Origin: a virus | IMG/VR virus record: IMGVR_UViG_3300030106_005394 | Span: 1 to 64,000 of that record | DNA: 64,000 nt | Strand: one strand, 5' to 3' | The notes under the pieces: generated by a model | What the model saw: only the letters and a program-made list of their open reading frames with translations | Told to the model about the DNA's origin: nothing | The model's database searches: none | Shown: one piece after another, positions 34,078 through 44,300 of the stretch | How the letters are laid out: every line of letters starts with the position of its first letter | Position numbering within the stretch: position 1 is the stretch's first letter | Position numbers and translations under genes: made by a program

Positions 34078-37000
34078 ATGGCAAAAAAGAGATATGTCCA
34101 CAAGACCGTAAGGCCCTCTGATGGCGGTCGGCTACTGACCGCTACATCCGAGGAGACTGTGGGTATATCCAATTATGTCGAGAAGCTAAACTTCCGAAGA
34201 GAGCTAGACGGCGAAATTCGCCGCGAAGGCTGGAAGCTATTAGATGGCCATCAAAACATAAAGGATGGCGATATGGATGTGTCTGGATCGGTAAGACTTC
34301 TTCATGAGTTTACCGACCACCTAGGCAATCCTAGGCTATTAGCTGAAAGAAACGGGAATATATTTGCATTTGTTCCAACCACGGGAACCGAGTACTGCAC
34401 GCACACTCCAAGTAGGGCGGCTGTATTGGTGGTAACCAAGGTTTCGGGCGGAGCAATTACTGAGGTTATACCCAGAGATAAGGGGTATGGATATCCTGCT
34501 GGATACGTTACCCTCACGGCTGGCTCTGGCGGGGCAAGCCTTACAGCTAATGTAGTTGGTACATATATAGATACAGTATCTGTAGTAAGTGGAGGATCTG
34601 GTTATTCTGTAGGGGATTTAGTTACTGCAACTATAGATAGATATGATGCCATAGAAAGCTCACAGGCCTACTGGAATGAAGCAGAGGGAGTGTCTGGATG
34701 GAAGCTTATTGCTAGTGGTCTTCACCATTTAGATGACGGGACTTCTGGAGTTCGCAGATGGGAATGCGTGGAGGTTGATGGGCATGCGATACTTAATAAT
34801 GGCTTTGATCTTCCATTGATCTATAAGTCAGATTGGGATTCAGCTAAACCACTTTATGGTCTTCGAGAAAATAAGGTGGCTAGCGTTGGGACGATACAAA
34901 GCTTCGACGGCCGATTGGTGTGTGGCGATATAGTAGAAATAGATAAGGGATTCGATTTAGTAAGGGGAAGCTCATCTGGTGCTTACTCATGCGTATATGA
35001 TCTATCTGGATACGGGTCAGACATAACAACAAGGAGGAATCAGTACAGCCTGTTGTGGTCTGCCTACGGAGAGCCTTGGCTTTTCAATCAATCTCTGGAC
35101 GTATCAATTGAAAGAAACTCAGTTATATGTGCGTCGACCCACTCAGACTTTGCTGCAAATAAAACCAACGCAACATTCAGCGTAGGTGATCCAGTATACG
35201 TAACGGGCGCAGGCCAGCATGGTGGCAGACTTTCCCTGAAGCACGGAGGAAATGCAACCATAACTGGAATCACAGGTCAGAGTGCAAACGATGTATTTAC
35301 CAAGACCAAGCATGGCCTTGATGACGGAGAGCGTATTCGGGTCATACAGCATGATGGCGGTGGCCCTATTGAGGGAGATGATTATTATGTAGTCTACCTA
35401 ACCGAGGATACATTTAAGCTTTCTATTACCCAAACCAGACAAGCCAAGGCAACCCCGACACTTAACGGATCGACTCTATCCATAAAAATAGATGACCATG
35501 GTGCAGGATATCAGAGCGCACCAGCGGTAACAGTTACTGGATTTACCCAGAGTTCTGGCACTGCTCCAGTAGCTGTAATAAGCTCAATAGGCCAAGTCGT
35601 AAAGGTAGCCGACACATTAAACTGGTCAACGACTACAGCCACGGCTCCAGCAGTAGAGATAGCAAGGCCAGCATCTACACCAGTAGACATAACAACATCA
35701 ATGACGTCCATGATAATAACCAAGCCAGACTTGGTTGATTCATATCGTGCCATCCTTGATGAAGCAATAGCCCAAGTCAGTAAGGTGGGGATAACAAGGA
35801 CTGTACCATCAAGTGCCCCGACAGTGGCATTCGCATATCAGATTTCCATAAATAACGAAGTTTATTTACTAACCAATGACCCGACAGCTAGCCCAGCAGT
35901 TGAGGACTTTGCTTGGGATTCAACGGCAGAAACTATAGCCAAACAGTTTGCGGACAAGATAAACTCTGATTCTACCGAGGTTACTGCCACATCCGATAAG
36001 GATGGATTGACGCTAACTGCCAAGATGGCAGGTTCTGGTTTTAGTTTGGGCGTATCAGACTCAGACACAGATGGTGATATTACTAGCTCAACAACCACAC
36101 TTAATTCCGCCGAGGGTGCATCCGATTCAGATTTAGATGAGGCATATATAGAGCTGTATGGAACACAGAGGGGATTTGAGGATGAAGCCTTGTCCTTTAA
36201 TAATGCAATTACCATAACCGACATAGAGGGTCCGTTTGGTATGATAGTTGCAAATGGCGCATTAGTCCCAACGCCAACATCATCATATCTGCCACAGTAT
36301 GATATAACTTTTGTAATAGATGCTGGATTGCCATCTGAAATAACCGAAACGATTCGGTATGACTTTGCGACTTGGTATAATTCTGGAGGATACTCCTCTT
36401 ACTCCACTTCTAGTTACCCAGATATAGTAGGCTCTGCATTTGTGGCTGGCCTTGCTAGGACAGTATACGACCACCCAGTATTAGGTAATAAAGTAAAGGT
36501 ATCAGCCTACGGCTTTGATACCAAGCAACCTTATATGTGGTACTGGCCAGAAGAGGTAGGAGGTACAGTAGACATAACAGCAATACAGCGTGTAGGATCT
36601 ACATCATATACTGGACAAGATGACCCTTGGGAGAACATAGCAACATGGGCCACAGAAATAAGTGGAGGCTACTATTACCATGCCTCAGCAGGATACTTTT
36701 ATTGGGATGGATCAAGCGAGTGGGTATATGTTGCGTATGATGCCTCTGGAGCAAACACAACCCCAGCATGGGTTTACGTAGGCAGGTATGACGATTCCTT
36801 TTATTTCACGGATGGGCTGGCGACATACAAGCCTAAGCCCGAGTGGCAAAGACGCATATATCTTGATGCCTATGCCGAAACTACAAACACCACGGCAGAA
36901 CTTCATAGAAGCGTAAGCATAGCTGGCGGTATAGTATTTGATATTAGTCTTGGGTCTGGCTACCAAGACTGGCAGGAGGATGGTTCCACGATAATGAAGA

Positions 37001-38022
37001 TGGAGCCAATAGGAGATCACCTCGCTTGCTACAGAGAGAACGGATACTTCATTACTAGCCAAACAGGTGACGTAAAGAACCCCTTCTCATTTAAAACCAG
37101 ATACGTAGGCAGAAACGTACCTTCATTCCGACACACAGTTATGCTCGTTGGTGGCAAGAAGCATGTGTACGCTGGATATGAGGGCATATATGAACTTTCA
37201 TTAGCTCAACCCCAGCCTATACCATCAGTTGAGTTGGCCGCTGCAACAGACTTCTGGGAGGAGATAAGCGAAGCGGAATCAGAATATGTATTTGCGATTG
37301 ATAATGTCGTAACAAGTGAGCACTTTATACATTTACCCAAGGGATATAAGACTGGCTCCAGTATCCATACTATAGCCTTTGACTATAAGTATGGATCTGT
37401 ATCGGAGATGGATGCGGAGATAACTGCTTCAGCTTCATGCAGACAGCCATCTACTGATGTAAATCCTGCACCAAATGACTATAGCGATTACATTTTCCTG
37501 ATGTCGATAGACGATGCCTCTGGCAATGGTCATTATGTAGCCAAGTACGGACTGGAGGCGGCATCTGGAAATCAGCCTAGGAGTGCAATTTACTATAGGC
37601 ATGATATATTCAAGAATCAGATAGCTTACGACTCAAAGCTGAGATTCGGACTTATTGCTTTTGGGGACACATTTAACGAGAAGGATATGCGGTCATATAT
37701 CCTACATACAGCTGATGTTAATGCATCTGTAGGTGTTGAGGTCTACACTGCATATACTACTGCGGCAACAGCATCTGAAAAGTTTCTATTCGGTGAAGAG
37801 AATGACCCGAATACAGCAATTATATTGAGCGATTTAAAAAACGAGAATGCTATACCTCTATACCTGCGAGCACCTTTATTCCAAGATCAACTAGTCGTTA
37901 CAGGTACTACTGCAGGAAATTCAATTAAGTTTCTAGGGAGAACCTTTGAGGTCGGAGGCGTGTATGATCGGGCTGCAATGCAGATGATAGGCATAGGAGG
38001 TTCAGTAGATGTCTCTAGTTAA
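34078..38022 (+). CDS. Tail nozzle / tubular protein B-like protein with inserted domains
   Basis: NFRRELDGEIRREGW start, beta-rich, position before the ejection genes. Confidence 0.65.
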   Translation: MAKKRYVHKTVRPSDGGRLLTATSEETVGISNYVEKLNFRRELDGEIRREGWKLLDGHQNIKDGDMDVSGSVRLLHEFTDHLGNPRLLAERNGNIFAFVPTTGTEYCTHTPSRAAVLVVTKVSGGAITEVIPRDKGYGYPAGYVTLTAGSGGASLTANVVGTYIDTVSVVSGGSGYSVGDLVTATIDRYDAIESSQAYWNEAEGVSGWKLIASGLHHLDDGTSGVRRWECVEVDGHAILNNGFDLPLIYKSDWDSAKPLYGLRENKVASVGTIQSFDGRLVCGDIVEIDKGFDLVRGSSSGAYSCVYDLSGYGSDITTRRNQYSLLWSAYGEPWLFNQSLDVSIERNSVICASTHSDFAANKTNATFSVGDPVYVTGAGQHGGRLSLKHGGNATITGITGQSANDVFTKTKHGLDDGERIRVIQHDGGGPIEGDDYYVVYLTEDTFKLSITQTRQAKATPTLNGSTLSIKIDDHGAGYQSAPAVTVTGFTQSSGTAPVAVISSIGQVVKVADTLNWSTTTATAPAVEIARPASTPVDITTSMTSMIITKPDLVDSYRAILDEAIAQVSKVGITRTVPSSAPTVAFAYQISINNEVYLLTNDPTASPAVEDFAWDSTAETIAKQFADKINSDSTEVTATSDKDGLTLTAKMAGSGFSLGVSDSDTDGDITSSTTTLNSAEGASDSDLDEAYIELYGTQRGFEDEALSFNNAITITDIEGPFGMIVANGALVPTPTSSYLPQYDITFVIDAGLPSEITETIRYDFATWYNSGGYSSYSTSSYPDIVGSAFVAGLARTVYDHPVLGNKVKVSAYGFDTKQPYMWYWPEEVGGTVDITAIQRVGSTSYTGQDDPWENIATWATEISGGYYYHASAGYFYWDGSSEWVYVAYDASGANTTPAWVYVGRYDDSFYFTDGLATYKPKPEWQRRIYLDAYAETTNTTAELHRSVSIAGGIVFDISLGSGYQDWQEDGSTIMKMEPIGDHLACYRENGYFITSQTGDVKNPFSFKTRYVGRNVPSFRHTVMLVGGKKHVYAGYEGIYELSLAQPQPIPSVELAAATDFWEEISEAESEYVFAIDNVVTSEHFIHLPKGYKTGSSIHTIAFDYKYGSVSEMDAEITASASCRQPSTDVNPAPNDYSDYIFLMSIDDASGNGHYVAKYGLEAASGNQPRSAIYYRHDIFKNQIAYDSKLRFGLIAFGDTFNEKDMRSYILHTADVNASVGVEVYTAYTTAATASEKFLFGEENDPNTAIILSDLKNENAIPLYLRAPLFQDQLVVTGTTAGNSIKFLGRTFEVGGVYDRAAMQMIGIGGSVDVSS

Positions 38023-38203
38023 GACAATGCCGAAGGCAACGCCTCAGTACATAACGGTTGATATTGATACGATGCCTAAGGTTCCAGATGCAATTCGTGA
38101 GCTAGACCCAGATGGTGTTAATGCATACGAAGATAAGATGAGGATATTTTGGATTAGTCTAGCAGACTCAATCAACAGCATCATAGAAAAGGTCGAGTCT
38201 TGA
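38009..38203 (+). CDS. Hypothetical protein
   Basis: GGAGG upstream; 64 aa. Confidence 0.7.
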   Translation: MSLVKTMPKATPQYITVDIDTMPKVPDAIRELDPDGVNAYEDKMRIFWISLADSINSIIEKVES

Positions 38204-38227
38204 CTATGAAAACTCAAACAGTAATAT
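38200..38227 (+). promoter_or_regulatory. Putative sigma70 promoter
   Basis: TTGACT-N16-TAATAT; the -35 box contains the upstream TGA. Confidence 0.55.
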
Positions 38228-38237
38228 AGTACGCGAA

Positions 38238-39095
38238 ATGGCAACTAACTTTCAGACGCCTACAGACCTTTCAGGCCACACAATAGATACTGGTCAGAGC
38301 ATAACCACAAGGACGGGATCAAGTGCTCCAATATCACATGCAAATATAGACGCAAACTGGAATCGACTCACCACAAAGGTAAATGGAATCCATGCTGGCC
38401 TAGGCGCAATTCATACTGCTGTAAACGCACTGGAGAACAGTAGTCTTTTCTCTTCTGGACTTCCAACTGCCACTGCTACTGTAAAAGGGGGAGTTAAAAT
38501 TGGAAGTGGACTATCCATGAATGGTGAAGTCCTTAGCACCGATTCTGCTGTTCTCAATAGCGCAATAGACACTAGGATCGCCACACAGGTACAAGCAGAT
38601 AACTCAATCAGCAGAAACTCTATAGAGTCTGAATGGACATGGCTTACAACTCCATATGTTGCTTCTGTTTCTGGATCAGGTACCGCCAGCCAAGGCGGCA
38701 GTAGCGTAAGTGACCCAACAAGTATTGGGTGGAAGTTTGTTCAGGTAATAGGACTAGGCGGAGTTCCTTCCACCGCAAGGCAAGTGCTTGTTAATGTCAG
38801 CGTGAATGAGCTTGATATGTGGGCATACAACCCAGATACGGGAGTGCTGGCGCCTTATGCCGCAAATGCTTGGGATAATTCTGGCGATGTCTACGCTAAT
38901 GTAGTTCTTCATGCTGGCTCGGCTCCTTGGCCAATACTCATGGGCTCCACCAACTATAAAGCATCAAACAATGCAGTAAGCTCTCCTTCTAATACTGGAG
39001 GAATAACCCCCTCAACCCATGTCGTTGTGTACTTCGCTAGGCAGGACGGCAATGGAGGATCACATGGTAATTTTGAAATCTTAGCATACCGATGA
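38238..39095 (+). CDS. Short tail fibre / spike protein
   Basis: IDANW anchor motif; LPTATATVKGGVKIGSGLS fibre motif. Confidence 0.75.
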   Translation: MATNFQTPTDLSGHTIDTGQSITTRTGSSAPISHANIDANWNRLTTKVNGIHAGLGAIHTAVNALENSSLFSSGLPTATATVKGGVKIGSGLSMNGEVLSTDSAVLNSAIDTRIATQVQADNSISRNSIESEWTWLTTPYVASVSGSGTASQGGSSVSDPTSIGWKFVQVIGLGGVPSTARQVLVNVSVNELDMWAYNPDTGVLAPYAANAWDNSGDVYANVVLHAGSAPWPILMGSTNYKASNNAVSSPSNTGGITPSTHVVVYFARQDGNGGSHGNFEILAYR

Positions 39096-39883
39096 AACCA
39101 ATAATATTCCCATTCAATATCTTAGCAAATCCTTGGAATGCCATTGGAGAACTCCTTAAGGCTATACCAATCTGTTTTTTTCTTGGTAAATTATTTGGCG
39201 TAAAGAAGCCACCTTCGCCGTACCAGCAAGCTCTTCAAAGCATGAAGGCTAAGCGTACTGCCGACCAATGGGCATACGACGACTGGATGAAGAGGAACCC
39301 TTGGTATAGCAACTGGAGGAATTACGCATCAGATGCAGCCAGCTCTCTTGGTGATTACGGGGATAGGTTTGCTCAAGCTCAGGCCATTAATGATATGTAC
39401 CAAAGGGATGTAGATAGCCTTTACGATCAAAACGTAAGGCCACTTTTGGGATCAGGGATAGGCTCATACGAGTCAGACCAGCAGGGATTATTTGGTGACA
39501 GAGCAAGAGCTGCAACGGCTGGCGCAAGGGCATTTGGTGAAAGTAACCAAAAGATATTTTCCGATGGCTTAGCTCAGATGGCCAAAAAGTTTGGAACAGA
39601 GCAGGGCGGGTTTGGCTCTGGTTTTGCTTCTTCGTTTGGAGAAGCTGCACAACAGGGAGCGCAATCTGCGGCCGACATGTTTGCATCCGCACAGCAGGGC
39701 ATTGCAGCAGATAAGACCGATACATATGATAAGGTTTTCTCTGCACAATCCAAGGCTCCAGCTAGAGTAGATGAATTTAGAAAAACCGCACTTGATAGCT
39801 TGGTTGCTCCTACTGAGTCTGCGCTTGCAGGATGGGATAGCATAACCAGCAGAGAGCGACAAAACGCACCTCAAATGGCATAA
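39092..39883 (+). CDS. Putative ejection / internal virion protein
   Basis: A/Q/G-rich, helical; first of three increasingly large genes after the tail. Confidence 0.6.
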   Translation: MKPIIFPFNILANPWNAIGELLKAIPICFFLGKLFGVKKPPSPYQQALQSMKAKRTADQWAYDDWMKRNPWYSNWRNYASDAASSLGDYGDRFAQAQAINDMYQRDVDSLYDQNVRPLLGSGIGSYESDQQGLFGDRARAATAGARAFGESNQKIFSDGLAQMAKKFGTEQGGFGSGFASSFGEAAQQGAQSAADMFASAQQGIAADKTDTYDKVFSAQSKAPARVDEFRKTALDSLVAPTESALAGWDSITSRERQNAPQMA

Positions 39884-39885
39884 CA

Positions 39886-41382
39886 ATGGCAACCCTACTA
39901 GAGCAGATTTCCAATAGGGCAGCTTCTGCGCCGCAGCAAAAAATACAGACCATCGACCCCAACAGGTTGATGCAAAATGTAATGAGCATGGAGCAGGACT
40001 ACCGCATGGCACAACTCAACAGCCAATACGAGAGTGACCGCATGCGTGCCAAGGCTCACATGGATCAACTCATGACCCTACAAAGGGATAAGAAAAACTT
40101 CAAAAGGGAAAGAAAGCTAGCACGTGAATCCGACAGAAATAAGGCCATAAGTGGTTCAATTGGGTTGGCCGAGCAAGGCTATGGATCAGCCCCCTTGGGC
40201 ATGTCCCCAGAGCAGTCTACTCTATACTCACAAGCTTCGTTAAAAGGAGCAGAGGCAAAGAGCCAGAGAGAGGGTCAGGGAATGTTTGCCGCAAATCTAT
40301 ATAAGGAGATGGAGGCCTACAATCCAGCCTTATACCGAGAGCAGGTCACAGATAGTATTTACAGCGAAATGGCCACCCCAGAAAAGGTGGACGAGTGGCT
40401 GACATCCAAAGAGGGCAGAGCATATCAGAGGACTCCAGAGTATGCTAACCTGAGGATGCAAGGAGGCGCAGACGGAGGAGAGGTCCCAATGGGAGTGCCA
40501 CTTCACCCAAGCTCTCCAGCCTTTAAGATGCTTCAGCGCAGATATATAGCGAGCGACCCAATGATTCAAGCCCAAGCGGATCAAGCAATACTTAGTATTG
40601 CAGGGGCTAGGGAAGCGAAGCACATGTCCCAGACCAATCAATTTAATACCCTTACAAATGCTGGGGTAAATTGGTATCCATATTATAATGCTCAACCTCA
40701 AGCTGGTCAGGATAACCCACTCTTGCCTCAAGGTAAAAATGAGGACAGCGAATCTAAAACCGAAGGCTCAGGAGGAGGCTCTGAGGAAGAGGAAGAAATG
40801 AACCCGATACTGGGAGGAGCACTTAGGGCTGCTGGTACTGGAGGATTAGCTTATGGTGCTGGAAGAATGACCACAACTCCATATAGGGCCGCTACATCAA
40901 CCTTATACGGAAGACAGCTTAGCACGGAATTAAAGAGAGCCACCAATAATTTAGCCAGAACACCATCATTGCAATGGAATACTCCACGATCAGCTGCTGG
41001 GCCAAACCCAGCCTTGGCGAAAGCACAAAGCGAGATTGACTCTGTAATGAAGTCCCAGAGAAGCCTACTCAAGGCAAATGGGGTTCAGGACGTTGCCCAG
41101 TTAAGCAACCAAGAGGTAACCGAACAACTCAAGCAGATGGTTGAGGACGGCAAGATAAAGAAGATACCTAAAGCTGATAAGGCACTTGCTAAGAAGCTTG
41201 GGAAAGGGGTATTGAGTTCCGTATGGAAAAAAGCTTTAGCCGCCGTAGGTGGCGCCACAGCAACTGGTGCATCTGGCGCGAACCCTTGGACAACAGCAGC
41301 AGGATTTATAGCAGGACTAGGCATGGCCGCATGGACAGTCCATGACGTTTACGGGATAGCAAAAGACTTAATGAGTGAATAA
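39886..41382 (+). CDS. Putative ejection / internal virion protein
   Basis: Helical with Gly/Ala hydrophobic C-terminal segments. Confidence 0.6.
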   Translation: MATLLEQISNRAASAPQQKIQTIDPNRLMQNVMSMEQDYRMAQLNSQYESDRMRAKAHMDQLMTLQRDKKNFKRERKLARESDRNKAISGSIGLAEQGYGSAPLGMSPEQSTLYSQASLKGAEAKSQREGQGMFAANLYKEMEAYNPALYREQVTDSIYSEMATPEKVDEWLTSKEGRAYQRTPEYANLRMQGGADGGEVPMGVPLHPSSPAFKMLQRRYIASDPMIQAQADQAILSIAGAREAKHMSQTNQFNTLTNAGVNWYPYYNAQPQAGQDNPLLPQGKNEDSESKTEGSGGGSEEEEEMNPILGGALRAAGTGGLAYGAGRMTTTPYRAATSTLYGRQLSTELKRATNNLARTPSLQWNTPRSAAGPNPALAKAQSEIDSVMKSQRSLLKANGVQDVAQLSNQEVTEQLKQMVEDGKIKKIPKADKALAKKLGKGVLSSVWKKALAAVGGATATGASGANPWTTAAGFIAGLGMAAWTVHDVYGIAKDLMSE

Positions 41383-44300
41383 TGTCAGATACATATGGAC
41401 AAACCAATCCCTACACGCAGAGGTACAGGGTACAGCTCAAAGCGCAAGGGGTGGATACATCCCAGCTATCTGATGACACACTTACGTTTAGGTTAGGCAA
41501 GCGCCTAGAGTCTGAGGGCAAATCGCTCTCTAAAGTCGGCGGTGATGCTTTCCAGAAGCAATATCTCGACATAAAGAATCGACCAGCTCCTGACATGCAG
41601 GGGCCATTAGCTCTGCCTAAAGAGCTATATCGTGCTGGCAGGATGTCTACGATAGGTATGGCTGGTAGTGGCTTAAGTGCATTAGGTCTAGTAGCAGATC
41701 AGATACCTGTTGTTGGTGACGATTTGAATGCTTGGATGCAGGAGAAAGCTAATGCCCTCAGGGCCGAATCAAGTAGATATACTCCTACAATTACAAGACC
41801 TACCGATATTAGGTGGAACAAGCCTGACGAGGCTATGCGTGGTGCAGCGTCTATTGCAGGACAGGCATTTCCTTCATTGGTGCAAGGTCTGGTTGCCGCA
41901 AGAACTGGAGCTGTCGGCTCAAAGGCACTAGCAAAGACACTAAGTAAGAGAATACCAGAGGGAAAGAAGGTCACTAAGAGAGTAAAGGGAACCTACGTTC
42001 AAAGGGACGCAAGAGAAGACTTTATTGAGAAGATGGAGATGGGCGGCATGTATGCGGCTACAGCTCTAAATAGTATTGGGATGAATGCGGGAGAGATTTA
42101 CAGCTCCCTATACGACAGCACTTTACTACCTGAGAGCGACCCAGAGTATGTTGATCCAGTAGATGCACGTAATGCGTCTATGGTCGGAGGAGTTATTTCT
42201 GGCTCTGCGGACTTCGTATTGCCTTCGATGATAATGAGCAAGTTCCTGAGGAATACAGGTCCAAAGGGTAAGCATTATTGGTCTAGATTTGTACAGTCAC
42301 TACCTAGGAACATAACACTTGAGGGTGGAACTGAAGGCTTCCAAGAGCTCGTCAATATGATGAGCGAGAAGTACGCCAAGGGTGAGCCTATGGACTGGAA
42401 GCACATGACCAGCTCGGAGCGAATGAGGCTTGTAGATGCTGGTATTCTAGGTGCAGCAGGCGGTGCACAGGCAACACTTATAGAGGCTTTAGCCCAGCCA
42501 GAGGAAAGGCCCCTTAGCTCCGTTATGGCGAAGGAGCTTGAGGCTAGAGTGAAGCAGGGGAAAATAGATCAGCAACGCAGACTTGAACTCGCAGACGCAA
42601 GGGAGACTTCTCGTATAGGCAGAATCTTTAAGAAAGGGGAAGCCATACTTGACACAAGCACTGGCAAGATAGGCACATATAATCGGAGACTATCGGAAGA
42701 CTTTATAGAGATAGAAGCAGACGGGCAAAGCCAGACAGTACCTATATATAGGGCGGTAAAGGCAGTACCCGAAAATCAGCAATCACAATTTGAGACAGGT
42801 GATTATGTAACCTTCTCTGATATAGACGTCCCTGAGCAGGGCGGAATCATAACTAGCATCAGTGGCAATAGGGCCAGCATAGACGGAATAGACTTTGATG
42901 TAGAGCTAAGTAAGCTAAACAAGGTTGCCAGTAAGAGAGAGAACGAGCAAGATCGTGCGCTCCAGAATCTATCTAAACGCACAAGGAGCGGAAATATTGC
43001 GGCAGCAACAGTAAATAAGATACTTAACTCTGGGCTTACAATCGACCAGCTAAAGGGAACGACCGCAGAGGGAAAGGATTTTGAGGTCGTTGAGCAAGGC
43101 GGTAAGTATAAGTACAATCTATCATCCAAGAAAGCCAAGCCAGTAGATGTCAAAGTTGATCCGCCAACAGCCGAGGTTCAGGTACCCCAGAGCGATATAA
43201 ACGCCTATGTAACATACGCTACGGATTTCATTAACAAACTAAAGGAGAAGCCGAATGCCGATCTTACTGGAGATTACATATATAACATAACCCGAAAATC
43301 CTTCATGAATAAGTACATGAAGGATAAGGGTGTTGATGCTCAAGTTGCCAATAATATCTGGCAGCAGTCGAACAGTAACGGGATCGCATGGAACCTTAGG
43401 GAGCGTGGAATACTTAAGGGGATCAGGGTCAGTGGAGAGACTGCTGGAGAGCGATTAATTGCAGACACCAAGGAGAAGCTTGGTGACATAAGGAAGGAGT
43501 ACAACCTAAAGAAGGGTGTTATTGCGTACAATGGCAACCTTGGTGTTACTGGGAGGCTCAATGAATCTAACGGGAGAGTTGAGGTACATTACATTTCCGA
43601 TGCAATAATACAGACTAGACAGGTAGACGTTGGTGATATTGAGAAAATTAAATCAACAGGGGATAAGGCATCAATCAAGAGGCTAGGTTTTGCCCTGCAG
43701 CAGCAAGGCATTGAATCCTACAGGGAGCACATGGATGAAATCCTCAGGCTTCAAGGCAGGACTGATAAGGATATAGAGTCTAAAAAAGAAGACGTTACTC
43801 GCAGTATTGAAGAGGAAGGGAATAGGCAGGCTTGGTTGAGTTATGTTTCATCGCTTGAGTCAAAGATAAGTGAGGATGAAACCAAGCAGAGGAACGGGAA
43901 GGGATTTACGGACCCAGCAGGAAATCCTAATGATTTTGGAAGGCATTATTTTGCCAAACAAAACATATCTGATCTTGAAGATTTATATAACGGAACGCTA
44001 CTCAATCTTGGTATATATGGAGATGGGTCCAATAAGGAGTACATAGATGCCTTGGCCTACTACAATATCCCAGCAAGATTTAATGCAAGCGACATAAAGA
44101 AAGTCGCAGATGTAAAGCCATACTACAATATGGCGAGAAGAAGGTTCAAGTACCACCTTAGCAAAACGCAGAAGGAGTGGGAGAGTTTCTTGATTGACCA
44201 ATACAAGGCTGACAAGAGCGACAAGGAGAGGCGGGCAAGGGAGAGTGAAGCCAAGAATGAGAAAGAGAATGAAAGGCGAAAGAAACTTAGTCAGGCCACA

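Noticed and set aside
34495-34507. Extra CCTGCTGGATACG copy in the nozzle gene
   Set aside because: Single copy deep in coding sequence (PAGY); cannot be distinguished from chance.
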